NCBI GenBank assembly: GCA_963666565.1
Contig: OY762911.1
Location: 64,001-128,000, forward strand
Direction: 5' to 3'
Source: Thermoanaerobaculia bacterium
GTDB taxonomy: Bacteria > Acidobacteriota > Thermoanaerobaculia > Multivoradales > Multivoraceae
Length of the DNA: 64,000 nucleotides
A model generated the notes under the pieces. It saw only the letters and a program-made list of their open reading frames with translations. It did not search any database and was not told where the DNA came from. Of the stretch, positions 46,487-56,190 are shown piece after piece. The position numbers and the translations under genes are program-made. How positions within the stretch are numbered: the stretch's first letter is position 1; each line of letters opens with the position of its first letter.

Positions 46487-48316
46487 GTGAGGCTAGCAAC
46501 GTCTCTTCCCGGTGTTCTGCTGTTCGCGCTAGAGGCGACCGCGGTCGCCCAGCCGCCGAACGTCGTCATCGTGATGACGGACGATCAGGGCTACGGCGAA
46601 CTGTCCGCCCACGGCAACCCCGTGCTCGAGACGCCGCATCTCGACCGGCTGCGCGGCGAGAGCGTCCGCCTGGACGACTTCCACGTCGCGCCGATGTGCA
46701 CGCCGACCCGCGGGCAACTGCTGACCGGCATGGACGCCGCCCGCAACGGCGCGATCAACGTCAGCAGCGGCCGCGCGCTCCTGCGGCCGGAGATCCCGAC
46801 GATGGCCGACATCTTCGCCGAGGCCGGCTACCGGACCGGGGTGTTCGGCAAGTGGCATCTCGGCGACAACTATCCCTTCCGGCCGGAGGATCGCGGCTTC
46901 CACGAGACGGTGTGGTTCCCCTCCTCCCACATCGGCTCGGTGCCCGACTTCTGGGGCAACGACTACTTCGACGACACCTACATCCGCAACGGCGGGCGAG
47001 AGGCGTTCGAGGGGTACTGCACGGACGTCTTCTTCGACGAAGCGATCGACTTCATGCGGCGCTCGGCGGAGTCCGGGACGCCCTTCCTGTCCTACATCGC
47101 TCCGAACACGCCGCACGGCCCGCTGATCGCGAAGGAGGAGGACGAAGCCGCGCTGGCGGCCGCGCTCGCCCGGCCGGAGTTCGCCGACATGAGCACGGCG
47201 CTGAAGACCAGGCTGAGCAGGTACCTGGGGATGGTCCGCAACATCGACACGAACATGGGCAAGCTCGCCGAGTTCCTGGAGGACGAGGAGCTCCGGGCGA
47301 ACACCATCGTCATCTTCATGACGGACAACGGCAGCACCCACGGCCCGCTCTACTTCAACGCCGGCATGCGCGGCATGAAGACCGAACTCTGGGAAGGCGG
47401 CCACCGCGTGCCGTTCTTCATCAGTTGGCCGAACGGCGACCTGGCGGACCCGCGGGATGTGACCGGCCTGACCCAGGTTCAGGACGTCCTGCCGACGCTT
47501 CTCGACCTCGCCGGAATCGAAACGCCGGCAGCCGCGAACTTCAACGGCATGAGCCTGGCGCCCGTGCTGCGCGGAGACGCCGGCGTTCCCGAAGACCGCA
47601 TGCTCATCGTCAACTACAGCCGCATGCCGTCCGGGTTCAACTACCCCTCGCCGTACACGCAGTCGATCCTCACGCGAAGCCACGCGGGCGTCCTGTGGAA
47701 GCAATGGCGCCTGCTGGAGGACCGCGAGCTCTACGATCTGGCATCCGATCCGCTGCAGACCACGAACGTGATCGACCGGCACCCTGAAGTCGTCGCCAGG
47801 ATGCGGGACCATCTCTACGAGTGGTGGGACGAGGTGGCCCCGACCGCCAACGAGCCCCAGCGGATCGTCATCGGCGACGACATCGAGAACCCGATGATGC
47901 TGACCGGCTGCGAGTGGCTCGACGTGTTCGTCGATCAGCAGGCGCAGGTCCGGCGCGGCACCCGGAAGACCGGCTACTGGCTGCTCGAGGTGGCCGAAGC
48001 GGGCGAGTACGAGTTCGCGCTCCGGCGCTGGCCCAGGGAGATCGACGTGCCGCTCACGGCGGCGCCCGAGGGCGGCACGGCGCTGCCCATCTCTTCGGCC
48101 CGCCTGTTCATCAGCGACCACCACCACCTGGACATCGGCGACAAGAGGCCCTACGGCTTCGAGGGGCTCACGACGCGGGTCGGCCCGGATGACACGGAGG
48201 CCACCTTCACGGTGACCCTGCCCGAGGGTCCCATGGCCCTGCACACATGGTTCGAGGAAGGGCGCGAGGTCATCGCGAGCGCCTACTACGTGTACGTGAC
48301 ACGGAAGAGCCGCTGA
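46487..48316 (+). CDS. Arylsulfatase (Cys-type, formylglycine-dependent)
   Basis: PNVV..MTDDQG, CTPTR, GKWHLG, TDNG, EGGHRVP. Confidence 0.95.
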   Translation: MRLATSLPGVLLFALEATAVAQPPNVVIVMTDDQGYGELSAHGNPVLETPHLDRLRGESVRLDDFHVAPMCTPTRGQLLTGMDAARNGAINVSSGRALLRPEIPTMADIFAEAGYRTGVFGKWHLGDNYPFRPEDRGFHETVWFPSSHIGSVPDFWGNDYFDDTYIRNGGREAFEGYCTDVFFDEAIDFMRRSAESGTPFLSYIAPNTPHGPLIAKEEDEAALAAALARPEFADMSTALKTRLSRYLGMVRNIDTNMGKLAEFLEDEELRANTIVIFMTDNGSTHGPLYFNAGMRGMKTELWEGGHRVPFFISWPNGDLADPRDVTGLTQVQDVLPTLLDLAGIETPAAANFNGMSLAPVLRGDAGVPEDRMLIVNYSRMPSGFNYPSPYTQSILTRSHAGVLWKQWRLLEDRELYDLASDPLQTTNVIDRHPEVVARMRDHLYEWWDEVAPTANEPQRIVIGDDIENPMMLTGCEWLDVFVDQQAQVRRGTRKTGYWLLEVAEAGEYEFALRRWPREIDVPLTAAPEGGTALPISSARLFISDHHHLDIGDKRPYGFEGLTTRVGPDDTEATFTVTLPEGPMALHTWFEEGREVIASAYYVYVTRKSR

Positions 48317-48320
48317 CGCA

Positions 48321-48650
48321 TCAATCGAACTCCAGCCGGGCGGAACCCTTCGTCAACCAGTCCTGGCCCCCGAAAGCGACAAGCGCGATGTACAGGCAGT
48401 GTGCATCCGCATCCGGGCGGAAAACGACTGTGATCCTGTAGTCCCGTCCGCCGTGGCGCACCAGCCAACCTTCGAGCGGACCGGACAGGCGAACCCCGGA
48501 AAACGGGTTTCCCGCGATGTCGTTCAGCAGGGCGTCGATCTCATCGAGCCGACGCTCCGCCGCGGCGACATTTCCATCCGTGGTTTCGACGATGTGCTCG
48601 GCTATTGCGACGATGTCCCGATCGACCAGAGGATGCCGAATCTGACGCAT
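48321..48650 (-). CDS. RelE/ParE-family toxin
   Basis: HP.V.RDI.AI...I...AA.RRL..I...L..I..NP.SG; downstream of RHH antitoxin. Confidence 0.78.
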   Translation of the reverse strand: MRQIRHPLVDRDIVAIAEHIVETTDGNVAAAERRLDEIDALLNDIAGNPFSGVRLSGPLEGWLVRHGGRDYRITVVFRPDADAHCLYIALVAFGGQDWLTKGSARLEFD

Positions 48651-48695
48651 CACCCCCGCAAGGCCTTGTCTTTCACCTCCGCAAGGCCTTGTCTT
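48650..48695. repeat. 23-bp tandem duplication at antitoxin/toxin junction
   Basis: tcacccccgcaaggccttgtctt / tcacctccgcaaggccttgtctt. Confidence 0.9.
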
Positions 48696-48966
48696 TCGAC
48701 TCGGTGAGCTTTCGCAGATGGACGCGAGCGCCTCTTGTCACTTCATCGAGCGCGCCAACAGGCATCCACTGGTCCGTGGGCAGGCGCAGGCGGCGTTCGA
48801 CCTCGGCGCCCAGAAGCAGCCGCTCGCGGTCGCGGATCGCCTTTGCCCGCGCGAGTTCTCCGGAAACCGCCGCGCTGACGTTCGCGTACTCGCCTTCTTC
48901 GACCAGTTGCCGGGCGAACGCGAATGCCGATTCGGTGAAGGAGACGCTCTGCTTGCGGACGGTCAT
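48673..48966 (-). CDS. ParD-like (RHH) antitoxin
   Basis: MTVRKQSVSFT...LVEEGEYANVSAAV. Confidence 0.8.
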   Translation of the reverse strand: MTVRKQSVSFTESAFAFARQLVEEGEYANVSAAVSGELARAKAIRDRERLLLGAEVERRLRLPTDQWMPVGALDEVTRGARVHLRKLTESKDKALRR

Positions 48967-49109
48967 CAACGACGCCTCTCGTCTCGGTGCTCCATTGGAG
49001 CACCATAGCGCAGGGGCGCGATTCCCGCAATCTCCACCGGCGGGGCCGCCCGCGCCGGGGGACGCGGCAAGTCCACCTCCCGTTCGGAAGCGGCGGGTAT
49101 GATCGGGGC

Positions 49110-49214
49110 ATGGCTGCGCCGTTCGACACACTCGCCGCCAGCGACGCGCTGGAAGCCACCGGCATGGTAGCGCCCGCCGGCCCGGCCGTGGCGGCTTTCG
49201 CGCTCCTGCCTTGA
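49110..49214 (+). pseudogene. N-terminal remnant of DUF1640/CCDC90-like protein
   Basis: MAAPFDTLAASDALEATGM resembles the FDT...L..AG start of that family; ORF stops after 34 aa. Confidence 0.45.
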
Positions 49215-52201
49215 AAGTTCGGCCGCTCGGCGCGGGTTTGGCGCTTGCCTGGCTGGCGGCCGTCGGAACGGACGCCGGCGCCTCGGAGATCGATCCCGCC
49301 GACCTTGAGTTCTTCGAGTCGAAGATCCGGCCGGTCCTGGTCGAGCGCTGCTACCAGTGTCACGGCGCCGATCCGAAGCGGCTACGCGGCGGACTGATCC
49401 TGCTCAACGCGGAAGGAGTGCTTGCCGGCGGCGACAGCGGCGCGGTGATCGTGCCGGGATCGCCCGAGGAGAGCCTGCTGATCGAGGCGCTCCACTACGA
49501 GGGTCTCACCCAAATGCCGCCGGACGGCAAGCTGCCGGCGCATGTCATCGCCGACTTCGAGCAGTGGATCCGGCGCGGCGCGCCCGACCCGCGTACCGGC
49601 GGGGAACAGACGGTGGTCGCCACGAGATCGGCCGAGACGTTCGACTACGGCCCCGGCCGCGAGCACTGGGCCTTCCGCCGGGTCGAAGACCCCTCCCTGC
49701 CCGAAGTCGAGAACGAGGCCTGGCTCAGCCATGATCTCGACCGCTTCATCCTCTCGCGTCTCGAGGAGCGAGGCCTGGCGCCGGTAGCCGCGGCCGACAG
49801 GCGCACGCTGCTGCGCCGAGCCACCTTCGACCTGATTGGCCTGCCCCCGTCGGAAGCGGAGATCGAGGACTTCCTCGCCGACGAGAGCTCGGACGCCTTC
49901 GCGAAGGTTGTCGACCGGCTGCTCGCCTCGCCCCACTACGGCGAACGCTGGGGACGCCACTGGCTCGACGTCGCCCGCTACGCCGACTCGAACGGGCTGG
50001 ACGAGAACATCGCCTTCCCCAACGCCTTCCGCTACCGCGACTACGTCGTCGACGCCCTGAACCGCGACAAGCCCTTCGACCGCTTCGTCCGCGAGCAGAT
50101 CGCCGGCGACCTGATGCCGGCCGAAACCGACGCGCAACGCTTCGAACAGATCGTCGCCACCGGCTTCCTCATGCTGGGCCCCAAGGTGCTCGCCGAGCAG
50201 GACGTCGACAAGATGCTGATCGACATCGTCGACGAGCAGGTCAACACCCTGGGCCGCGCCTTTCTCGCGCTGCCGGTCGGCTGCGCCCGCTGCCACGACC
50301 ACAAGTTCGACCCGATCCCCACGGCCGACTACTACGCGATGGCCGGCATCCTGCGCTCGACCGAGACGATGAGCAACGCCGCCGGCATGCGCTGGCTGGA
50401 GCGGCCGCTGGCGCCGGAAGACGAGATCGCCGAGTACGAGGCGGCGCAAGAGTTGGTCGCCGAAGCGCGGGAGAAGGTCGACGAGGTGGTCCGCGAGCAG
50501 AACGACGTCCTGCGCGGTCCGCGGCGCGCGGCCCTCGCCGACTACCTGCTCGCCGCGGAGGAGGCCTACCCGAGCTGGAGCGACGACGAGGCGAAGCAGA
50601 ACGAAGCGCGCGAGACGATCGCCAAAGTCGCCGGAAGCCGGGGACTGGAGCCGCCGGTCCTCGAACGCTGGGTCAGGGCCTTCTACCGATACCGGGAGGG
50701 CCCGCCGGTCGAAGGGGACGCCCCGAGCCCGAGCACCGTCTTCGTCATCTGGAACGCCTACGCCGCCGCCTCGCCCGATCGCTACGAGCAGGTCACCGAA
50801 GACCTCCGGGCGCTCATCGCCTCGGAGAAGGTGCTGACGGCGCCCCTCACCCGAAGCCTCGTCCGCGGACCGGCGCCGAAGACGCTGGAGGAGGTCGCCT
50901 GGCGCTACGCGAGCCTGTTCGCGACGATCGAGATCGCCTGGGAGGAGCACCTCATGCGACTCGGGCTCAAGGACGAGGACGACCTCGCGCCCTCGGACTT
51001 CAGGCTGCCGCGCGAGCAGGAGGAGCTGCGATGGCTGGTCTACGACGGCTACTTCTGCATCCTCTGCCTCGACCGGGAAGAGGAGGAGAAGCTCTACCCG
51101 CCGGAGGCCCTGGAGCGGCTCGCCGATCTGCGCGACGAAGTCGAACGCCTGGAGGAAGCGTCGCCCCCCGCGCCGCCGTACGCCATGGCGGTGGACGAGA
51201 CCGCAGCGGTCGACCTGCCGGTACACATCCGCGGCAGCCACATGAACCTCGCCGACGAACCGGAGCCGCGCGGCTTCCTGAAGGTCACGGACCACCTCGT
51301 GCCTCCCCCGCCAGTCGCCGCCGACACCAGCGGCCGACTCGAGCTGGCACGCTGGATCACCCACCCGGAGCACCCGCTCACCGCCCGCGTCATCGTCAAC
51401 CGCGTGTGGCACTGGCACTTCGGCCGCGGCATCGTCGACACGCCGAGCAACTTCGGCGCGATCGGCAGCGTTCCCAGTCACCCTGAGCTTCTCGACTGGT
51501 TGGCGCGCCGCTTCGTCGAGGGCGGCTGGTCGCTCAAGGACCTGCACCGAGACATCATGCTGTCGAGCACCTACCGGTTGTCAAGCGACTACGACGCCGC
51601 CAACGCCGCCGTCGACGAGGAGAACCGCCTCCTCTGGCGCATGAACCGGAGACGCCTCGAGGTCGAACCGATTCGCGACGCTCTGCTGCAGCTCGCCGGC
51701 CAGCTCGACCTGGCGATCGGTGGACGGGTGGAGGAGTACAACGCCCGGGGATACGTCTTCGGCGAGTACGGCCCACTCGACCGGGTCGACATCTACGACG
51801 CACCGCGGCGTTCGATCTACATGCCGGTCGTGCGTACCGCGGTCTATCCGATCTTCGGCGGCTTCGACTTCGGCGACGCCAGCGACTCGGTCGGCGATCG
51901 ATCCGAGACGGTCGTGCCGCGGCAGGCGCTTCTGATGATGAACAGCCCCTTCGTCGAAGAGGCGGCGCTCGGCTTCGCAAGGCAACTGCTGGAGATCGAG
52001 GACGCCGACGCCCCGGACCGCATCGACACCGCCTTCGTCCGCGCCTACGGCCGGCCGGCCGACGACGTCGAGATCGCAGACAGCCTCGCCTTCCTCGACG
52101 AGATGCGCAGCCAGCCGCCGGCAGAGGACGCCGAGATCTACGCCTGGACGCGGCTCGCCCACGCCATCCTTGCGGCGAGCGAGTTCATCTACATCAACTG
52201 A
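49211..52201 (+). CDS. Planctomycete cytochrome c (PSCyt1) + DUF1549/DUF1553 protein
   Basis: FFESKIRPVL..RCYQCH, HWAF, YGERWGRHWLDVARYAD, CARCHDHKFDP, RV.VNRVW..HFG.G, RRLE.E.IRD. Confidence 0.95.
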   Translation: MKVRPLGAGLALAWLAAVGTDAGASEIDPADLEFFESKIRPVLVERCYQCHGADPKRLRGGLILLNAEGVLAGGDSGAVIVPGSPEESLLIEALHYEGLTQMPPDGKLPAHVIADFEQWIRRGAPDPRTGGEQTVVATRSAETFDYGPGREHWAFRRVEDPSLPEVENEAWLSHDLDRFILSRLEERGLAPVAAADRRTLLRRATFDLIGLPPSEAEIEDFLADESSDAFAKVVDRLLASPHYGERWGRHWLDVARYADSNGLDENIAFPNAFRYRDYVVDALNRDKPFDRFVREQIAGDLMPAETDAQRFEQIVATGFLMLGPKVLAEQDVDKMLIDIVDEQVNTLGRAFLALPVGCARCHDHKFDPIPTADYYAMAGILRSTETMSNAAGMRWLERPLAPEDEIAEYEAAQELVAEAREKVDEVVREQNDVLRGPRRAALADYLLAAEEAYPSWSDDEAKQNEARETIAKVAGSRGLEPPVLERWVRAFYRYREGPPVEGDAPSPSTVFVIWNAYAAASPDRYEQVTEDLRALIASEKVLTAPLTRSLVRGPAPKTLEEVAWRYASLFATIEIAWEEHLMRLGLKDEDDLAPSDFRLPREQEELRWLVYDGYFCILCLDREEEEKLYPPEALERLADLRDEVERLEEASPPAPPYAMAVDETAAVDLPVHIRGSHMNLADEPEPRGFLKVTDHLVPPPPVAADTSGRLELARWITHPEHPLTARVIVNRVWHWHFGRGIVDTPSNFGAIGSVPSHPELLDWLARRFVEGGWSLKDLHRDIMLSSTYRLSSDYDAANAAVDEENRLLWRMNRRRLEVEPIRDALLQLAGQLDLAIGGRVEEYNARGYVFGEYGPLDRVDIYDAPRRSIYMPVVRTAVYPIFGGFDFGDASDSVGDRSETVVPRQALLMMNSPFVEEAALGFARQLLEIEDADAPDRIDTAFVRAYGRPADDVEIADSLAFLDEMRSQPPAEDAEIYAWTRLAHAILAASEFIYIN

Positions 52202-52262
52202 ACTCGCTGAAGGCCGGAGGCTGTCGTGGAACGCGGTTTGCCGCGGCCCAACGACGAAGCCC

Positions 52263-52595
52263 TCAACGGCGGATCGACAGGCGTTCGGCGGCCAGGCGGT
52301 TCATGCTGACGCCTGCTTCGGCCGCTTCCATCGCCAGAGAGCGGTGGGTTTCGGGTGGAACGCGAAGAGTGAGGGTGCCGCTGTACCGTCGCGTGGCCAG
52401 GGGCTCCGGGATCGGATCGCCGTCCTCGCGCAGAGCGTTCACGGCGAACGCCACGACGTCCCTGATGCCCGCGAATGCCCCTTCAGGGGTGTCGTCCAGG
52501 TGGCTCAGCAACCCGAACTCCGCGCACAGGCCTACGTACATCTCATCTTCATCGGACCAGACGACCCGGTAGGCATAGCGGTCATGTCCATTCAT
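52263..52595 (-). CDS. hicB: HicB-family antitoxin
   Basis: Y.YRV.WSDED..YVG.CAEF, PEPLA.R.YSG...LR.PPE.HR.L. Confidence 0.9.
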   Translation of the reverse strand: MNGHDRYAYRVVWSDEDEMYVGLCAEFGLLSHLDDTPEGAFAGIRDVVAFAVNALREDGDPIPEPLATRRYSGTLTLRVPPETHRSLAMEAAEAGVSMNRLAAERLSIRR

Positions 52596-52831
52596 GGCGA
52601 TTCCTCCTCCAGCTTGTCGATTGCCTTGACTACCTGTCGTACCTGATAGGGCTTGGCCATGCCCCTTACGGACTGGATGTTGACCAGCGGCTCACCCTGC
52701 CAGGGCGTCTTGTAGAACATGTGGCTGCCTCGGGTCCTGGGTTGCCCGAAGTGGCGGTCGCAGACCTTGCGGAGGTCATCGAACCGGACGTTCCGAGGGT
52801 TCTGCCTGATTCTCGCCAGCGTCTTGTCCAC
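52592..52831 (-). CDS. hicA: HicA-family toxin
   Basis: NP.NVRF.DL.KVC..FG.PR..GSH..YKTPW...AKPYQVRQV. Confidence 0.88.
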   Translation of the reverse strand: MDKTLARIRQNPRNVRFDDLRKVCDRHFGQPRTRGSHMFYKTPWQGEPLVNIQSVRGMAKPYQVRQVVKAIDKLEEESP

Positions 52832-53103
52832 AGCGATCCAGCATGGTAGCAGTAGTGCAACCATTCTCCGTCCGCGAGTGCCGACCCGCGCCTGAACGGC
52901 GAACTCACCCGCCCTTGCGAGGCGCTCAGCCGTGCCCGGCCGAAACCCCGTAGCTCGCCGACCGGGACGAGGACAGCGACGCGGGGCTGGGTGCTATCGT
53001 CCAACCTGGCCGACGAGGTCGCCGGAACCGCATGGCGGCTGGTGCGCGTTTCGGCGAGACGACATGGTCGCAAGCCGCCGTCTGGCCACTCGGATCGCTG
53101 AGG

Positions 53104-54531
53104 ATGCGCTACCCCCACTACCAGCCGCCACCCCTGACCCGCCGCCAGATGCTGAAGACCTGCGGCTGCGGCTTCGGCGGCCTCGCGCTCTCGTCCCTGC
53201 TGCAGCGCGACCTCCTGGCCGCGACATCCACGAACCCGCTGGCGCCCAGGGCGCCGCACTTCGCGCCGAAGGCCAAGCGCATCATCTTCCTGCACATGCA
53301 CGGCGGCCCGTCGCAGCACGACCTCTTCGAGTACAAGCCGCTGCTGATCCGCGACGACAACAAGCCGCTGCCCTTCGCCAAGCCCCGGGTGCAGTTCAAC
53401 GAGACCGGCAACCTGTTCAAGAGCCCCTGGGAGTTCAGGCAGCACGGCCAGTCGGGCGCCTGGGTGAGCGAACTGCTGCCCAACATCGCCTCCGTGGTCG
53501 ACGACCTCTGCTTCATCCGCTCGATGTGGGGCACGAACGCGGCCCACGGCGGCGCCATCCTGGCGATGAACACGGGCAGCGACCGCTTCGTGCGACCGTC
53601 GATGGGCTCGTGGATCGCCTACGGACTGGGCACCGAGAACGAGAACCTGCCCGGCTTCCTCACGATCTGCCCCTCCTACCAGCACGGCGGCGTCCAGAAC
53701 TACTCGTCGGCGTTCCTGCCCGCCGCCTACAACGGCACGGCAATCGGCACGACCCGGATGAAAACCGAGGACGCGACGATCGACTTCCTCGACAACGAGT
53801 CGGTGTCGCCGGAGGTCCAGCGGAGCGAACTCGACCTGCTGCAGCGCTGGCAGCGCCGCCAGCTCGAGGCGACCGGCCCCGACCAGGCGCTCGAGGGCCG
53901 CATCGAGTCCTTCGAGCTCGCCTTCCGGATGCAGACCGAGGCGCCCGAGCTGATGAGCATCGAAGGCGAGTCCGAAGCCACCCGGCGGCTCTACGGACTC
54001 GACGACCCGGTGGCCCGCAACTTCGGCCTCCGCTGTCTGCTGGCCCGGCGCTTCTCGGAGTCGGGCGTGCGCTTCGTGCAGGCGACCCACGGCCCGGACA
54101 CGAAGTGGGACCACCACTCGGGCCTGATCACCGGCCTGCCGCAGAGCTGCGCCGAGGTCGACCGGCCCGTAGCCGGCCTGATCAAGGACCTCAGGTCACG
54201 GGGACTGCTGGACGAGACCCTGGTGCTCTGGGGCGGCGAGTTCGGACGGACTCCCGGCGCCGAAGCCGGCGCCCGCAACGGCCGCGACCACAACCCCCAC
54301 GGCTACACGATGTTCATGGCCGGAGGCGGCGTGAAGCCCGGCCACAGCCACGGCCGCACCGACGACTACGGCTACTACGCGATCGAGGACAAGGTTCACA
54401 TCCACGACCTGCACGCCACGATCCTGCATCTGCTGGGCCTGGACCACGAGCGGTTGACCTACCGCTCGCAGGGGCGCGACTTCCGCCTGACCGACGTCGA
54501 GGGGATCGTCGTAGACGACATCATCGTCTGA
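53104..54531 (+). CDS. DUF1501 (sulfatase-fold) protein, Tat-exported
   Basis: TRRQML; AKRIIFL.M.GGPSQ, RPSMGSW, WDHH, GEFGRTP, GRDH. Confidence 0.95.
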   Translation: MRYPHYQPPPLTRRQMLKTCGCGFGGLALSSLLQRDLLAATSTNPLAPRAPHFAPKAKRIIFLHMHGGPSQHDLFEYKPLLIRDDNKPLPFAKPRVQFNETGNLFKSPWEFRQHGQSGAWVSELLPNIASVVDDLCFIRSMWGTNAAHGGAILAMNTGSDRFVRPSMGSWIAYGLGTENENLPGFLTICPSYQHGGVQNYSSAFLPAAYNGTAIGTTRMKTEDATIDFLDNESVSPEVQRSELDLLQRWQRRQLEATGPDQALEGRIESFELAFRMQTEAPELMSIEGESEATRRLYGLDDPVARNFGLRCLLARRFSESGVRFVQATHGPDTKWDHHSGLITGLPQSCAEVDRPVAGLIKDLRSRGLLDETLVLWGGEFGRTPGAEAGARNGRDHNPHGYTMFMAGGGVKPGHSHGRTDDYGYYAIEDKVHIHDLHATILHLLGLDHERLTYRSQGRDFRLTDVEGIVVDDIIV

Positions 54532-54535
54532 CCCC

Positions 54536-56176
54536 ATGACCATCGCGCCCGTCGATCTCTTCATCATCGTCGTCTACCTGCTGGGCATCCTGTTCGTCGG
54601 CCTGTGGTCGGTGCGCAAGATCGAGCGGCAGACCAGCGAGTCGTACTTCCTGGCGAGCCGCAACCTGAAGTGGCCCGTGGTGGGGGCCGCGCTCTTCGCC
54701 TCGAATATCTCGACGATTCACCTGGTCGGGCTCGCGGAGAGCGGATTCGGCGTCGGCATGGTCGTCGGCAACTACGAGTGGATGGCGTCGTTCACGATCA
54801 TCCTGCTCAGCCTCGTCTTCGTGCCGATCTACTTCAGGAGCCGGATCACGACGCTGCCCGAGTTCATGGAGCGGCGCTACAGCCCGGCCGCCCGGACCAC
54901 GCTGTCCTTCATGTTCATCATGTCGGCGATGCTGATCCACATCGGCATCAGCCTCTACGCCGGCGCCGCGGTGTTCGAGCGGTTCTTCGGCATCCCGTCG
55001 TTCATGTCGATCGCGATGATCTCGATCATCACGGTGATCTACACCGTGGTCGGGGGCCTGCGGGCGGTCGTCGTCACGGAGACGATCCAGACGGTCATCC
55101 TGCTGGGCGGCGCCATCCTGATCACGGTCATCGCGATGACCAGGCTGCCCGGCGTGGGGATCGACTCCTACGGCGATCTCCTCGAGGCGACGAAACCGAA
55201 CCAGCTCAGCATGATTCACCTCCCCGGGGAAGAGGGATTCGACCCCGGGTCGATCTGGTACGGCTTCCTGCTCGGCTTCCCCATCCTCGGCCTCTGGTAC
55301 TGGTGCACCGACCAGACGATCGTTCAACGGGTTCTGGGTGCCGGGACCCTGCGCGACGCGCAGCACGGCGCGCTGTTCGCCTCCCTGCTCAAGTTCCTGC
55401 CGCCGCTCTTCATGGTCCTGCCGGGCGTGTTCGCCTACGTGCTCTTCCGGGACCTCATCACCGAGCCGACGGACGCGCTGCCGACGCTGATCACCGAGCT
55501 GCTGCCGACCGGGCTCATCGGCATCATGGCGGCGGCGTTGCTCGCGGCCCTGATGAGCACGATCGCGGCCGCGGTGAACAGCACGGGGACGCTCGTCGCC
55601 GTCGACATCGCGAAGCACTTTCGGCCCGGCCTGTCGGAAACGTCGCAGGTGCGCATCGGGCGCGTCAGCTCGGTCGTCGTCATGAGCGTCGCGATCGCCT
55701 GGTCCACCCAGGGCGAGCGGTTCGGCTCCATCTTCGAGGCGATCAACAAGCTGCCGGCGCAGTTCATCGCGCCTCCCATCGCGACGGTGCTGCTCTGGGG
55801 CGTCTTCTGGCGGCGCGGAACACGTCAAGCCGGCACGTTCACCCTGCTCTTCGGCTTCGTCGCCGGCTTCATCATCTTCCTGTTCGACATGGGCTTCGGA
55901 TTCCTCGGCGGCGTCCAGTACGTCTCCGATCCCGTGAACGGCCTGGGGATCCCCTTCCTGCTGCAGGCGTGGTGGTACTTCTGCATCCTGAGCGTCATCT
56001 ACGTAGCCATCAGCCTCGCGACCCCGGCTCCGAAGCCCGAGCAGATCGACGGCCTGACCTGGGACAAGCCGTACGCGTTCCTGGCCCGGTCCGAGATCCC
56101 GGGCATCCGCGACCCGCGGCTGCTGGCGGCGTTGCTGGCCGCGGCTCTGGTGGTGATGTACGTCCTGGTTCGGTAG
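54536..56176 (+). CDS. Sodium:solute symporter (SGLT-like)
   Basis: YFLA.R, SNIS, GGLRAVV.TE, WYWCTDQ..VQR. Confidence 0.95.
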   Translation: MTIAPVDLFIIVVYLLGILFVGLWSVRKIERQTSESYFLASRNLKWPVVGAALFASNISTIHLVGLAESGFGVGMVVGNYEWMASFTIILLSLVFVPIYFRSRITTLPEFMERRYSPAARTTLSFMFIMSAMLIHIGISLYAGAAVFERFFGIPSFMSIAMISIITVIYTVVGGLRAVVVTETIQTVILLGGAILITVIAMTRLPGVGIDSYGDLLEATKPNQLSMIHLPGEEGFDPGSIWYGFLLGFPILGLWYWCTDQTIVQRVLGAGTLRDAQHGALFASLLKFLPPLFMVLPGVFAYVLFRDLITEPTDALPTLITELLPTGLIGIMAAALLAALMSTIAAAVNSTGTLVAVDIAKHFRPGLSETSQVRIGRVSSVVVMSVAIAWSTQGERFGSIFEAINKLPAQFIAPPIATVLLWGVFWRRGTRQAGTFTLLFGFVAGFIIFLFDMGFGFLGGVQYVSDPVNGLGIPFLLQAWWYFCILSVIYVAISLATPAPKPEQIDGLTWDKPYAFLARSEIPGIRDPRLLAALLAAALVVMYVLVR

Positions 56177-56190
56177 GGCCAGAGGACGCC

